In this document: positions 18,909 to 28,662 of the stretch, one piece after another
How the letters are laid out: every line of letters starts with the position of its first letter
How positions within the stretch are numbered: the first letter of the stretch is position 1
Origin: Candidatus Kaiserbacteria bacterium
Lineage (GTDB): Bacteria > Patescibacteriota > Minisyncoccia > Phycocordibacterales > Phycocordibacteraceae
Assembly (NCBI GenBank): GCA_027451665.1
Contig: DAIDIW010000002.1
Span: forward strand, 48,251-112,250
Direction: 5' to 3'
DNA length: 64,000 nt
Notes under the pieces: generated by a model
Told to the model about the DNA's origin: nothing
Database searches by the model: none
The model's input: the letters and a program-made list of their open reading frames with translations, nothing else
Position numbers and translations under genes: made by a program

Positions 18909-20876
18909 CTACGGCGCGGGATTGCAGTCGTCGCAGATGCCGAGCCGTTCGAGCGCGTCGAGGTAATCGAGCGTCGTGTTCACGAACGCGGCATGGCTCC
19001 ACGCCAGCGGTGCGACCGAACGCTGCGTGCGTGTGTCGAAGTCGAGCTGTTCCGAGAGAACGCCGGAATCCTGTGCATGCGCAGCCACCCAGGCGAGAAT
19101 GGCACGGGCTGGTTCGAGATCGGCATCCTCTTTCGCGCGCGCGATGAGAAATTGCGCGTGCCAGAGGGTCGCGATGAACCAGGGATTCCCGCGCCCTCCG
19201 CTCCGGAAATACTGATCGCCTTCGTAGCGCATGAGGCCGCCAGCTGCTGTGAGACGCTGCGTGGTCGCGGTGAACGCATCGACGAGCCGCGGATCGTCCG
19301 GCGCGAGTACGCCGAACGCGAAGAGCCCGTATACGCTCGAGATATCAGGCGTCCGATCATAGACGGTCTTCTCCTCGAACGTCTCGATGAGCTTCACGAA
19401 TCCGCCTGCTTCTTCGGAAGCGAAATGCGCAAGGATCGCCTCGCGTATCTCTCGCGCAGCGCGTTCGTACTCCTGCGCGCGGTCTTCTTTCCCAAGCACG
19501 CGCGCGATCTCCGCAGTCGCCGTGAGCGCGCCGAACACCGCCGCAGAGGTGAAGGTGGAGATGCCGTGTTTCTCCTCCCAGAGATCGTAGGAGGCGTGGG
19601 GCAGCCCGGTCGCCGCGTCGCGGTAGCGCACCATGAAATCCGCCGCCTTTGCGATGAGCGGGTTATAAAGCTTCTCGATGAATTCGAGATCCTTGCTGTG
19701 CCGGTACTGTTCCGTGATCGTCCATACGACGAGCGCGGTCTCGTCCTCCTGGATCGGCAGCTGGAGTTCGCCGTCGCGAATCCAGGGATGCCACGAAGAG
19801 CCGAGCGAACGGTCCGGAAGATACTTGTGCATGAAATAGCCTTCGTCCGAGATGACTTTCTCGCAGAACGCAAAGAACCGCTCGGCGACGTTCGGATCGC
19901 CCGCGCGCAAGAGCGCGCGAGCCGCGAAGCTCGCGTCGCGCGGCCAGACGTAGGCGTAGGTGTCCTCATTGTATTGGAGCGTCTCCGCGTCTGCGCTCGC
20001 GATGATGCCGCCATCATCGTCGGCGTGCGCACGCACGAACATGAGCGACCTGCGGAAGAGGGCGGCAACCGCCGGTGAAAGGCCATGGAAATCCCAGTCG
20101 TACCGATGCACCCATGCCTTCCAGTAATCGCTCGTGGTCGTGAGGAGGTGCGTGGGGCTCTTGGCGAGCACGTAGGCATTGAGGGCTGTGGCTTCAGGGA
20201 TGCCTTCGGCGGCGGTGAGCCAATAGTGGACGGTGCCCGACGAGTCAGGCGCGAGCGCAAGGGTGAATCCCATGACCGAATCGACGGACCCGTGCTCGAC
20301 GGCGTTCTTCGAGAGCACCCCGTCTTCCGCATCGCGGAAGGTGCCATCCTTGCCGGCGATGCCGAATAAGCCGACGGCATACTCGTCGAATGGTGTCTCA
20401 CCCGCGCGACCGTTCGCGAGGAAGGCGCGGGCGCCCTTGTAGTGGATGAGGGAATGGCTCGCGGGGTCGAAGTAGGCGGTGTCGCCTCCCGGCGAATGGC
20501 TGATCTCGAACTCGTGACCGAGGAAGAGTTTCACCGTGCGCGGCTCATCGCGAAGATTGCGGATCTCGATCTTACGCACGAGTATAGGACGTTCATTGTA
20601 GACGACATCGGTAAACGATAGGCGTAGCCCGAGCGCCTCGTGTTCGGCGGTGATGCGGCTCTCGAGGGAATCCTCAGCACTGCCGACGCGCACGCGCCAG
20701 CGGGTATCTTCCGAGAGCCAGGAACAGCTTCCGTCGGCGTAGATGCCGATGCGGTGCCGCATCGCGCCGCCCGCATGATTCTCGAGTCCGACGTGAGGAA
20801 AATAAAGGTCGCGCACCTCGCCTCGGTCATCGAGCGTCACGAGGAGCGAACCGTTGCCGAGGATGAGCGATCTCAT
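18909..20876 (-). CDS. glycoside hydrolase family 15 (glucoamylase/glucodextranase-like)
   Basis: N-terminal beta domain, then an (alpha/alpha)6-type region with the 'LWEEKHG' general-acid motif. Confidence 0.7.
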   Translation of the reverse strand: MRSLILGNGSLLVTLDDRGEVRDLYFPHVGLENHAGGAMRHRIGIYADGSCSWLSEDTRWRVRVGSAEDSLESRITAEHEALGLRLSFTDVVYNERPILVRKIEIRNLRDEPRTVKLFLGHEFEISHSPGGDTAYFDPASHSLIHYKGARAFLANGRAGETPFDEYAVGLFGIAGKDGTFRDAEDGVLSKNAVEHGSVDSVMGFTLALAPDSSGTVHYWLTAAEGIPEATALNAYVLAKSPTHLLTTTSDYWKAWVHRYDWDFHGLSPAVAALFRRSLMFVRAHADDDGGIIASADAETLQYNEDTYAYVWPRDASFAARALLRAGDPNVAERFFAFCEKVISDEGYFMHKYLPDRSLGSSWHPWIRDGELQLPIQEDETALVVWTITEQYRHSKDLEFIEKLYNPLIAKAADFMVRYRDAATGLPHASYDLWEEKHGISTFTSAAVFGALTATAEIARVLGKEDRAQEYERAAREIREAILAHFASEEAGGFVKLIETFEEKTVYDRTPDISSVYGLFAFGVLAPDDPRLVDAFTATTQRLTAAGGLMRYEGDQYFRSGGRGNPWFIATLWHAQFLIARAKEDADLEPARAILAWVAAHAQDSGVLSEQLDFDTRTQRSVAPLAWSHAAFVNTTLDYLDALERLGICDDCNPAP

Positions 20877-20879
20877 GAG

Positions 20880-22157
20880 CTATACGCCGACTCCGACGGC
20901 CGCTTCGCGGGACGGCTGCGTACGCGCGGCGGTCGCGGATCCATGCGGGGACGTTTGCACGGAGGATTCGTTCACGCGCAGGCGCCACTCGAGATCCTTG
21001 AGCACATGCATGTAGATCTTATAGGCCTCATAGGGCGATCCATAGGGGGAGAAGTACGCATGTACGTCGCCGTCCGCAGACCACTTCGTGCACAGATAAT
21101 AGAAATGATCAGACGTCTGAAGCCGTCGCCAATCCTCGAGGAGCGACGCGTCCGAGGCCGCATGCACGCGCGCCTCGAGGCCGTAGAGCGTCCCGATCGC
21201 TGCTTGTTGCAGTTCGTTCCCGAGCCAGGCGGTGAGATCACGGTCGGTGTCGGCCCAGGTAGTCACGTGCGGTACGTCGATGACGCCGCGGTCTGGAAGT
21301 GCGGCGATAGCGCCGGATGGCGTCATGAACGTGATTTGCGGGTTCTTGAGCAGTTCGCCCGGAAGCGCCGAGAGGAAATCGAAGATTCCGGTATCTTCCC
21401 ATTGATGCTCGCCGAACGTTTCGTAATCCATAAAGAGATTCATGGTCTCGCCGTCGGCTGCGGAGAGCCACTGGCCAAATTTCTCCGTCGTAAGCGGCCA
21501 CTCGTTCCAGTCGCGCGAGGAGAAGCGGAAGGCGACATCATCTGAAAGCTTGTAGTTTTTGAGTAGGAGTTTCGTGCGGCGCGCGTTCATCGGGCGATAC
21601 ACATGATTCGGACTTCGTCCGCCGAGTACCGGATCCCACCCCTCGGCGAGAATGCCGAGATAACCGTGTTCGTCGGCCCACGCGCCGAGTGCGTTCGTAT
21701 ACGATAGTTCCGTATTGCGGAAGACGCGCGGCGACTGCTCGAAAAGCCGTTCGATCGTCTCGGCATGCATGCGTACTTGGCGCTCGAATTCGGGGCGCGA
21801 GTAGAAGAAAGAAAGCGAATGGTAGTACGTCTCGCCGAGGAATTCGACGCGCCTGCTCTTCGCGAACAAACGGAAGAGATCGATAACGTCCGGGGCATCG
21901 CGCTCGAGCTGCTCGAGCGCGATGCCCGAGATGGAAAGCGAGAATCGGAATTGCGGATAGCGCTCAAGCAGCGCGAGCAGACGCTGAGCGGTAGGCAGGT
22001 ATGACTTCGCTGCTACTTTTTGTAAGACGCGAGCATTATTCAGGTCGTTCTCTTCATCGCCGCCGAAATATGCGTGGTCGTGTCCGATATCGAAAAGGCC
22101 GTACCGCTTCACGCGGTAGGGCTGGTGCACTTGCAGGTAGATGCAGACGTTCTTCAT
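20880..22157 (-). CDS. glycoside hydrolase family 57 (alpha-amylase/4-alpha-glucanotransferase-like)
   Basis: 'YLQVHQPYR' GH57 N-terminal signature. It lies 3 nt from GH15 and overlaps GT4 by 4 nt. Confidence 0.7.
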   Translation of the reverse strand: MKNVCIYLQVHQPYRVKRYGLFDIGHDHAYFGGDEENDLNNARVLQKVAAKSYLPTAQRLLALLERYPQFRFSLSISGIALEQLERDAPDVIDLFRLFAKSRRVEFLGETYYHSLSFFYSRPEFERQVRMHAETIERLFEQSPRVFRNTELSYTNALGAWADEHGYLGILAEGWDPVLGGRSPNHVYRPMNARRTKLLLKNYKLSDDVAFRFSSRDWNEWPLTTEKFGQWLSAADGETMNLFMDYETFGEHQWEDTGIFDFLSALPGELLKNPQITFMTPSGAIAALPDRGVIDVPHVTTWADTDRDLTAWLGNELQQAAIGTLYGLEARVHAASDASLLEDWRRLQTSDHFYYLCTKWSADGDVHAYFSPYGSPYEAYKIYMHVLKDLEWRLRVNESSVQTSPHGSATAARTQPSREAAVGVGV

Positions 22158-23476
22158 ATGCCCGACAGCGCGAGCTCGTCCATGATCGCGCGAATCTCGC
22201 TCGCGGCGCGATCCCAGGACAGCCGCGCGGCCGCGTTGTGTCCGCGCACGGCATGGGCTTCGCGTTCCTTAGGCCGTGCGGCGAGCACCTGCTCGATCGC
22301 CTGCGCGAGCGCATCGGCATCCCAGAAATCGACCTGTATCGCTTCGGGTACTGCTTCCGCGACACCGGACTGCTTCGAGATGATGACCGGCGTACCGAGG
22401 CGCATGGCCTCAAGGGCGGATATGCCGAACGGCTCCGAAACGCTCGGCATGACGTAGACGTCGGCAGACGCGTATGCTTCATGGAGATCGTGGTCGCGCA
22501 GGAAGCCTGGGAAGAGCACGCGGTTCCCGATGCCAAGACCCGCCGCTTGCCTCAGGAGTTGAGCTTCCATGTCGCCCGAACCTGCCATAACGAACAGCAC
22601 GTCCGGGTCCTTTGCTGCCACTTTTGCCGCGGCGTTCAGGAAGTGATCCGGACCTTTCTGGAGCGTGAGCCGGCCGGCGAACAATACAAGCGTATGACCA
22701 GCGCGAGTCAGCTGGGCGAGGCGTCCGGCACGCATTTCGTCATACGCAGGTGCCGTCTCGTCGTCTACACCGTTCCACACCGCGTGCGTCTTTTCTCTCG
22801 GAACGCCATAATGCTGTATGGCCATGTCTCTAGTGCGACGCGATACCGCGATCACCCGATCGGCGGCGTGCATGCCCTCGCGCTCGAGATCGTATACCGT
22901 TTGGTTCACGCGCCCGCCGCCCGAGCGATCGAATTCGGTCGCATGCACGTGCGAAATGAGCGGCTTCTTTGAGATGCCCTTCGCAGCCTTTCCCGCACCG
23001 AACGCGAGCCAGTCATGCGCGTAGATGATGTCATGTGGTTCTCGCTTTGCGATCTGCGCGCCCGCTTTCGCATACCGCTTCACCTGGCCGATCATGTCCT
23101 CGCCGTAGAGCGGCGTGCCGTCAGCTGCCGTTGCAGAAGGGTAGGCATACGTCACCTTCGCGCCTGCTTCCTCAAGCTCGGCAGCGACCATCTTGGCGTA
23201 GGGAACGGAGAGCGGGTACGCTTTCGGCAGGACGAACGTGATATCGACGTCTTGCCTCGAGAGCGCCCGCGTAAGGCCAAGAGAAGCGACACCCAAGCCG
23301 CCGCTGTTAAACGGGGGGAACTCCCAGCCGAAGATGAGCGCCCGCAGGCGACGCCTAGCGCCGTCTACAGCCGCGCGACCCGAGCGCGTATGCGTGAAAA
23401 CCGCACCAAGCAACGCTCCGGCGACGAAAAGCGAGAGGAAGAGTGCCAGAAGGTTAGCTATGAAAATAGTACTCAT
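22154..23476 (-). CDS. GT4/GT5-type glycosyltransferase, glycogen/alpha-glucan synthase-like, with an N-terminal TM
   Basis: 'GWEFPPFNSGGLGV' and 'EPFGISALEAM' GT-B motifs. It is the first gene of the GT4-GH57-GH15 operon. Confidence 0.7.
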   Translation of the reverse strand: MSTIFIANLLALFLSLFVAGALLGAVFTHTRSGRAAVDGARRRLRALIFGWEFPPFNSGGLGVASLGLTRALSRQDVDITFVLPKAYPLSVPYAKMVAAELEEAGAKVTYAYPSATAADGTPLYGEDMIGQVKRYAKAGAQIAKREPHDIIYAHDWLAFGAGKAAKGISKKPLISHVHATEFDRSGGGRVNQTVYDLEREGMHAADRVIAVSRRTRDMAIQHYGVPREKTHAVWNGVDDETAPAYDEMRAGRLAQLTRAGHTLVLFAGRLTLQKGPDHFLNAAAKVAAKDPDVLFVMAGSGDMEAQLLRQAAGLGIGNRVLFPGFLRDHDLHEAYASADVYVMPSVSEPFGISALEAMRLGTPVIISKQSGVAEAVPEAIQVDFWDADALAQAIEQVLAARPKEREAHAVRGHNAAARLSWDRAASEIRAIMDELALSGI

Positions 23477-23552
23477 GGCCGACGAGCTATTTCCATCGTA
23501 ACACTGTGTACATGCTCGTAGTGCTAGAAATGCACAAGCTGTTGCACAAATA

Positions 23553-23580
23553 TTGACAATTTTCGCATGGCATGTATAGT
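23553..23580 (+). promoter_or_regulatory. strong sigma70-like promoter: TTGACA, 16-bp spacer, TATAGT
   Basis: TTGACA at 23553-58 and TATAGT at 23575-80. An AGGAGG Shine-Dalgarno sits at 23596-23601, 5 nt before the ATG at 23607. Confidence 0.55.
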
Positions 23581-23606
23581 ATTCTCAGAGTTTCCAGGAG
23601 GCAACC

Positions 23607-23816
23607 ATGTCGAAATGGTTCACACGCATACGTTCGTTATGTTTGATCAGCATGATTACGACCGGGGCCCCCTTGCTATCCCTGGCGTGCTTCTGCAGGG
23701 CTTTTCACTGTAGGGTCCCTGTGTCTGAACAGGGATACCTCGTCATCGCAATTGCCGTTATGACTATCTCGGCAATCTTATGGATGACGCTTGAGTGGAT
23801 CGCTCAACAATACTGA
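23607..23816 (+). CDS. 69-aa two-TM small protein in an AT-rich islet
   Basis: It has the best promoter and RBS signals in the window. Sequence: MSKWFTRIRSLCLISMITTGAPLLSLACFCRAFHCRV...ILWMTLEWIAQQY. Composition is atypically AT-rich. Confidence 0.45.
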   Translation: MSKWFTRIRSLCLISMITTGAPLLSLACFCRAFHCRVPVSEQGYLVIAIAVMTISAILWMTLEWIAQQY

Positions 23817-23824
23817 CGGGAACT

Positions 23825-23870
23825 AAGCCGGCTTCTGCGTAACAGGAGCCGGCTAAACATTTTATTTATA
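23825..23870 (+). terminator. rho-independent terminator
   Basis: 12-bp stem AGCCGGCTTCTG / CAGGAGCCGGCT with one G-U pair and loop cgtaa, followed after 5 nt by 'ttttatttat'. Confidence 0.5.
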
Positions 23871-24414
23871 GGTGGACCGTGAGGCTAAAGGTTCCGCGCC
23901 AGGGGAGGACCTCCTCGATGATTGGATGCGCGTAGCGCGCGTTACCGGGCGCCTCGACTGCGGTAGGGAGCTGGGAATCGTAACAGAGGAAGTCGAGCGC
24001 TTCGGGTGTTTCTTCGTGGCCCCACGAGCTTATCCAGTGTAAGTCGCCGTTCCCCCAGATGGAATCGATGACGAAGAGCGTCGGCTTATCCTCATGGATC
24101 GCTTCAACGAGGCGGTCCTTGAATTTCCGGCGCGTCCAGAAGTGCACGTCGGAATCGATGCCGAAGCGGCCAAGTATGTGCGGCATGAAATAGGGGAGCG
24201 AGATGTCGTGCTTGCGGAAGAGATCGTTCAGGTACAGCTTCTCGACTGCTGCGTCGTGCCCGAACGCACGCAACACTGCCTGTAGCTGGTAGGCGCCGCA
24301 CTGCTGATGGATATCCTCGGCCATCGGGAATATGTTCGGTTGCTTCGAGACGAGTACCATTGCGCGCACTATATCATATGGTGTCAAGGATTCTGACATG
24401 GAAGCGCTATACAC
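23866..24414 (-). CDS. papain-like (peptidase C39-like) cysteine peptidase domain protein; start may be at the internal Met (24399)
   Basis: 'HQQCGAYQLQAVLRAFG' resembles the C39/papain catalytic Cys segment (Q...CG.A). A candidate His lies in 'HWISSWGHEE'. Confidence 0.4.
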   Translation of the reverse strand: MYSASMSESLTPYDIVRAMVLVSKQPNIFPMAEDIHQQCGAYQLQAVLRAFGHDAAVEKLYLNDLFRKHDISLPYFMPHILGRFGIDSDVHFWTRRKFKDRLVEAIHEDKPTLFVIDSIWGNGDLHWISSWGHEETPEALDFLCYDSQLPTAVEAPGNARYAHPIIEEVLPWRGTFSLTVHL

Positions 24415-24473
24415 GGGCCTCCCAGGTGGTCATACGGATTCTGCTCGCCGCAGGGTATACTGCTTTCACCTTC

Positions 24474-25073
24474 ATGGTGCTCACGCATTTCATTGATTTC
24501 ATCGTGACGGGTTCCTTGCCGCACGTCTACCTTATTCCGGTTGCGATTATCGTCGGGACCTTCATCCTCGAGGACGCGACCACGTTGCTTGTCGGTGTGC
24601 TCGCCGCTGACGGGTCTATCGGGATTCCGCTCGCCATCATTTCGCTCTACGCCGGAATCATTCTCGGTGACTTTTGGCTTTATGGCATGGGCTATCTCGC
24701 TGCGAACCATAAGTGGGCGGTGCGTCTCGTGAATCATCACCGGTACGACCATATCCGGAGTTGGCTCGAAGAGCGGTTTGAAAGCGCGGTATTCACGAGC
24801 CGCTTCGTACCGGGTATGCGGCTGCCCACCTATACGGCCGCCGGTTTCCTGAAGCTTCCGTTCCGGCGGTTCGTGCCTCCTGTAGTCATCGGGACGCTCA
24901 TCTGGACATCTGCGTTCTTCGGAACGGCGTATCTTTTCGGTAATCTCACCGAACAGTGGCTCGGCGTGTGGCGATGGCCGCTCGCGTTCTCCCTCATCAT
25001 CGGCTGGTTCCTTTTCACTCAGTGGCGCATTCGCCGCAAGATGCGCGAGGAGGATCGAGAAAAGCAGCGGTAA
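24474..25073 (+). CDS. DedA/VTT-domain (SNARE-associated) membrane protein; start trimmed to 'MVLTHF'
   Basis: 'FVPGMRLPTYTAAG' DedA signature. Confidence 0.7.
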   Translation: MVLTHFIDFIVTGSLPHVYLIPVAIIVGTFILEDATTLLVGVLAADGSIGIPLAIISLYAGIILGDFWLYGMGYLAANHKWAVRLVNHHRYDHIRSWLEERFESAVFTSRFVPGMRLPTYTAAGFLKLPFRRFVPPVVIGTLIWTSAFFGTAYLFGNLTEQWLGVWRWPLAFSLIIGWFLFTQWRIRRKMREEDREKQR

Positions 25074-25098
25074 GCCTGAGATACGGTATACTGGCGGT

Positions 25099-25488
25099 AT
25101 GTTGCTGAATGTCTGTATAGCGAAATTGCATCGCGCGACCGTTACCGATGCCGACCTGAATTACATCGGCTCCATAACGATCGATGAGAAGCTACTGGAA
25201 GCTGCGGGTCTGCGGGAAGGGCAGATGGTACAGATCACGAACGCGAGCAACGCCGTGCTCTGGCGCACCTACATTCTGAAAGGGGAGCGCGGCAAGGGCC
25301 AGATTGTGCTGAACGGCCCGCCGGCCCGCCTATTCCAGAAGGGCGATAAGGTGGTCATCCTGGGCGAAGCCTGGGTCACGCCCGAGGAGGCGGACGCCAT
25401 GAAGGGTCCGACGGTCGTCTTCTTTACCGAACAGGGTCCGAATCCGAATGAGATCAGGGAAGTGAAGAGGGTTGAGCGTCCGGTCTAA
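25099..25488 (+). CDS. panD: aspartate 1-decarboxylase (pyruvoyl-dependent)
   Basis: 'KLHRATVTDADLNYIGSITID' with the Gly-Ser self-cleavage site, co-linear with E. coli PanD. A strong 11-bp-stem hairpin plus T-tract follows at about 25493-25550. Confidence 0.85.
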   Translation: MLLNVCIAKLHRATVTDADLNYIGSITIDEKLLEAAGLREGQMVQITNASNAVLWRTYILKGERGKGQIVLNGPPARLFQKGDKVVILGEAWVTPEEADAMKGPTVVFFTEQGPNPNEIREVKRVERPV

Positions 25489-25625
25489 TACCGGCTGGAA
25501 GCCGGCTGTGCAGCGGCTTCCAGCCGCGGCGTTTGCTTTTCCAACAATCCGGCGTAGAGTCAAATCCGGATGGCCTTTTAGGTAAAAGGCTGTATCGTGT
25601 AACTACACCTGCGAAGGGGAATGCA

Positions 25626-26720
25626 ATGCAAACGACTTGGCAACAGGAAAAGCTTGCGGATCCGGTCTTTGATCCGATCCGCTATCACGAGCAGATATTG
25701 CTCGCGACTACGTCAGATCCGTTCCTGCCGGCGTTCGTCCCTCCGCATCACGCTGCACTGGGGGTCGAATATAAAGCGGTGAGTGCCGCGCGTGGCACGA
25801 GCAGCATGAGCGGCAAGCGCATGATGGCGCTCTTCGCGTTCTTCGACGCGATCAAGGAGGGTCTTCTCGGCCCTGGAATGACCGGCGTTGAAGCGTCGAG
25901 CGGCAACACAGGCCCGGAGATGCAGATGGTCGCGATGCAACTTGGCATCACGTTCATCCTCATCCTGCAAAACTCCATGCCGCGTCCAAAGCTTGAGCGC
26001 GCAAGCGTTCTCGTGGATCGAAACGTACAAACCCTAAATGTCTCGGGCGGGGGCGCAAAGCTCGCGCGCGAGATGGGGAACGATGCGGATAAGCATAACT
26101 TCGATCAATATCGTGGCAATGCTAACGGGTGGAATGCAACAGCGCAGGGCACATTCCTCGCGCCACAAGTGTTCGCTGGCAATGAAGATGCTGCTGCGAT
26201 TGTCCTCGTTGGCGGTTCTTGGGGTACGGCGCTCGGCTTTCGTAACTACGTGAAAGCCCAGGGTCTCCGCACCAAGGTGGTGCCCGTGATTGCGGCAGGA
26301 CGTCAAGATATCTCTGGCGGGAAAAACATGGAACAGACCGAGCAGGACATTCTCGAGAGCGTGTTTCCGATTTTCCCGAAAGAGAGCATTCTGCGTTGCC
26401 CGCGCGATCAGGCCACACTGCTTTCGTGGTTATCGTGGCCGTACGTTGTGAGCCGCAAGCGCGGCGTACAGTTCATGTTCGGACAATCATTTGGTGCCAC
26501 GGTTCGTGGTGCGTATGAGTGGGTCGAAGCGCGTATCAAGGACGGCACGCTCGATAGCTATCGCAACGCTGAAGGCAAGGTTGTCGTGCTTACGTTCGGC
26601 ATGGACGACTTCCAAGGCTATACGAATATTTATCTAAGCGAACTTCCTGACTTCGTGCTCAATGGGTCGCGGGTACTTCCGTCTCTCGAAGAGCTGTTCC
26701 AGTTTGGTCGGGTAGTCTGA
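25626..26720 (+). CDS. divergent PLP-dependent enzyme of the tryptophan-synthase-beta/cysteine-synthase (PALP, fold type II) superfamily; start trimmed to 'MQTTWQQEK'
   Basis: 'VEASSGNTG' glycine-rich PLP-phosphate loop (compare 'PTSGNTG' in CysK) and a candidate Lys in 'SMSGKRM'. AGGGGA Shine-Dalgarno 8 nt upstream, and a terminator hairpin at about 26735-26785. Confidence 0.5.
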   Translation: MQTTWQQEKLADPVFDPIRYHEQILLATTSDPFLPAFVPPHHAALGVEYKAVSAARGTSSMSGKRMMALFAFFDAIKEGLLGPGMTGVEASSGNTGPEMQMVAMQLGITFILILQNSMPRPKLERASVLVDRNVQTLNVSGGGAKLAREMGNDADKHNFDQYRGNANGWNATAQGTFLAPQVFAGNEDAAAIVLVGGSWGTALGFRNYVKAQGLRTKVVPVIAAGRQDISGGKNMEQTEQDILESVFPIFPKESILRCPRDQATLLSWLSWPYVVSRKRGVQFMFGQSFGATVRGAYEWVEARIKDGTLDSYRNAEGKVVVLTFGMDDFQGYTNIYLSELPDFVLNGSRVLPSLEELFQFGRVV

Positions 26721-26876
26721 CTTGTTCTTACCCGTTACTCAATAGATAGATCCCCGGCGCCGTAAAGGCGGTCCGGGGATTCTTTTTACGCACCGAGTGC
26801 GCAAACGCGTTCACGATGACGGTTATGTCGATGATTTCCTGAAGGCTGACAGTGATGACCAGCCGATTTTCTTACG

Positions 26877-27395
26877 TTGTATGATACGCTTCATCCCATG
26901 AAGCGCTCATTCCCGCTCTATCTCGGCACCATCATCTTCGGCATCACTGACGGCATCGTCTCGACCGTGGGACTCCTCGCCGGTATCACGGTGGGCGGCG
27001 CATCCTCGCGCATCATCATCCTCACGGGGATGGTGTATGCCTTTGTTGAAGCGTTCTCGATGGCGGTAGGGAACTTCCTTTCCGAGGAATCATCAGAAGA
27101 ATATGTCGCGAAGGCTGACGTGGCTGATGGTTTGCCGATTCTTGTCGGCCTGCTCATGTTCATTGCGTTCGTGCTCGCATCGCTCATACCGCTCGTGCCG
27201 TATCTGCTGCTCTCGTCCGCTACCGCCCTGCCGGTTTCTATAGCCGTGTCCTTCGCCGCGCTCTTCGTTGCCGGTGCAGTGGGAGCGCGCCTCTCACGCC
27301 TCCCGCTCTTCTGGCGGGGCGTCCGCATGGCGCTCCTTGGCGGATTCGCGATATTGCTTGGTATCGTGATCGGCCGCCTGTTCCCCGGGGTCTAA
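26877..27395 (+). CDS. VIT1/CCC1-family iron/manganese transporter-like membrane protein
   Basis: 'GITDGIVSTVGLLAG' VIT-family signature. An alternative start at 26898 is possible. Confidence 0.65.
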   Translation: MYDTLHPMKRSFPLYLGTIIFGITDGIVSTVGLLAGITVGGASSRIIILTGMVYAFVEAFSMAVGNFLSEESSEEYVAKADVADGLPILVGLLMFIAFVLASLIPLVPYLLLSSATALPVSIAVSFAALFVAGAVGARLSRLPLFWRGVRMALLGGFAILLGIVIGRLFPGV

Positions 27396-27401
27396 GATTA
27401 A

Positions 27402-28214
27402 TTAAAGGAAGAGCCACGCGGCGAACACGAGCGAAAGGACGATACGGTACCAGCCGAAGCTCTTGAAAGAGTGGCTGCGTACATAGCCGAGAAACCAGCG
27501 CACGATCGGCATGGCCACGAGGAATGCGATGACGAATCCCACGCCAAGCGCGGTCCACTCGTGTGGGGTATAAGAGAACGCATGTGATTTATAGAGGGAA
27601 TAGAGGGTAGCGGCGAACATGGTAGGCACGGCAAGCAGGAAGGAAAATTCGACGATCGCCGGCCGCGAGATACCCATCGACATGCCGCCCACGATAGTGG
27701 CGCCGCTGCGGGAGACGCCCGGGATGATGGCGACCGCCTGCGCGAACCCAATGCCGACCGCTTGCGGATAGGAGATCTTGTCGAGCTCGGGCACTTCAAG
27801 GCCCGGAGCAGCCCCAGAGCCTTGATCCGCAGCCGCCGCATCTTCTCGCGAACCGTAGAACGATTCGAACGCGATGAGGATGATGCCGCCCACGAAGAGC
27901 GTCGCGAGCACGACGAGATCGCTCCCGAGCAGTTCCTTCACGAGGTGATAAGCGAGCAGTCCAATGATGCCGGTCGGGACGAATGCCGCGATGAGCTTTC
28001 CGATCCGATCCCAGTGCCAGAATTTCTCCCAGAAGACGATAACAACCGCGAGGATCGCGCCGAGTTGTATTGCGATATCAAAATTCTTCGCGAAGTCGGT
28101 CGCCGGGACGCCGAGCAGGGAAGAGGCGAGGATGAGGTGTCCGGTCGATGATACCGGGAGGAATTCCGTGAGCCCTTCAACCAGCCCGAGGATGACCGCA
28201 TGTAGGATAGTCAT
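27402..28214 (-). CDS. uppP: undecaprenyl-diphosphatase (UppP/BacA); start trimmed to 'MTILHAV'
   Basis: 'GLTEFLPVSSTGHL' and 'PGVSRSGATI' BacA motifs. Confidence 0.85.
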   Translation of the reverse strand: MTILHAVILGLVEGLTEFLPVSSTGHLILASSLLGVPATDFAKNFDIAIQLGAILAVVIVFWEKFWHWDRIGKLIAAFVPTGIIGLLAYHLVKELLGSDLVVLATLFVGGIILIAFESFYGSREDAAAADQGSGAAPGLEVPELDKISYPQAVGIGFAQAVAIIPGVSRSGATIVGGMSMGISRPAIVEFSFLLAVPTMFAATLYSLYKSHAFSYTPHEWTALGVGFVIAFLVAMPIVRWFLGYVRSHSFKSFGWYRIVLSLVFAAWLFL

Positions 28215-28263
28215 GACGGAATCGTAGCATGCAAAAAGACGGCTCTCGTGAGAGCCGTCTTTT

Positions 28264-28662
28264 TTACTTGCTTGCGACGACGATACTGACCTGCGCGGTT
28301 CCTTCGGTGAGGAACCGAAGATCCTGCGCAGCAGCCCGGGTGAGGTCGATGCGACGACCTTTCCGTACCATGGCTTCCGACGGCCCGAGATCATGCGAGA
28401 CGGTTCGCACTTTCTTACAATTCCGTAGATTCGTCACGATGAGCTCGGTTCCGAACGGGAAATCGACGGTCGCGGCAATGTGCGGATTGTTCGCATTGAA
28501 CCGCGTGCCGTCCGCCGTATGAGCATTACAACAGTCGTACCATGATGCCTGTGTAATGAGCGCACCGCGTGGCGGAGGACAGGACGTCTTCGTGACCGGA
28601 TCCGTGGCGAGAGCCGCCGGCACGCACACGAGTACGCCGAGTAGAATGAACAACGGTTTCAT
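28264..28662 (-). CDS. RlpA-like double-psi beta-barrel (DPBB) secreted protein
   Basis: Signal peptide, then 'ASWYDCC...TADGTRF' DPBB/RlpA motif. Confidence 0.55.
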   Translation of the reverse strand: MKPLFILLGVLVCVPAALATDPVTKTSCPPPRGALITQASWYDCCNAHTADGTRFNANNPHIAATVDFPFGTELIVTNLRNCKKVRTVSHDLGPSEAMVRKGRRIDLTRAAAQDLRFLTEGTAQVSIVVASK

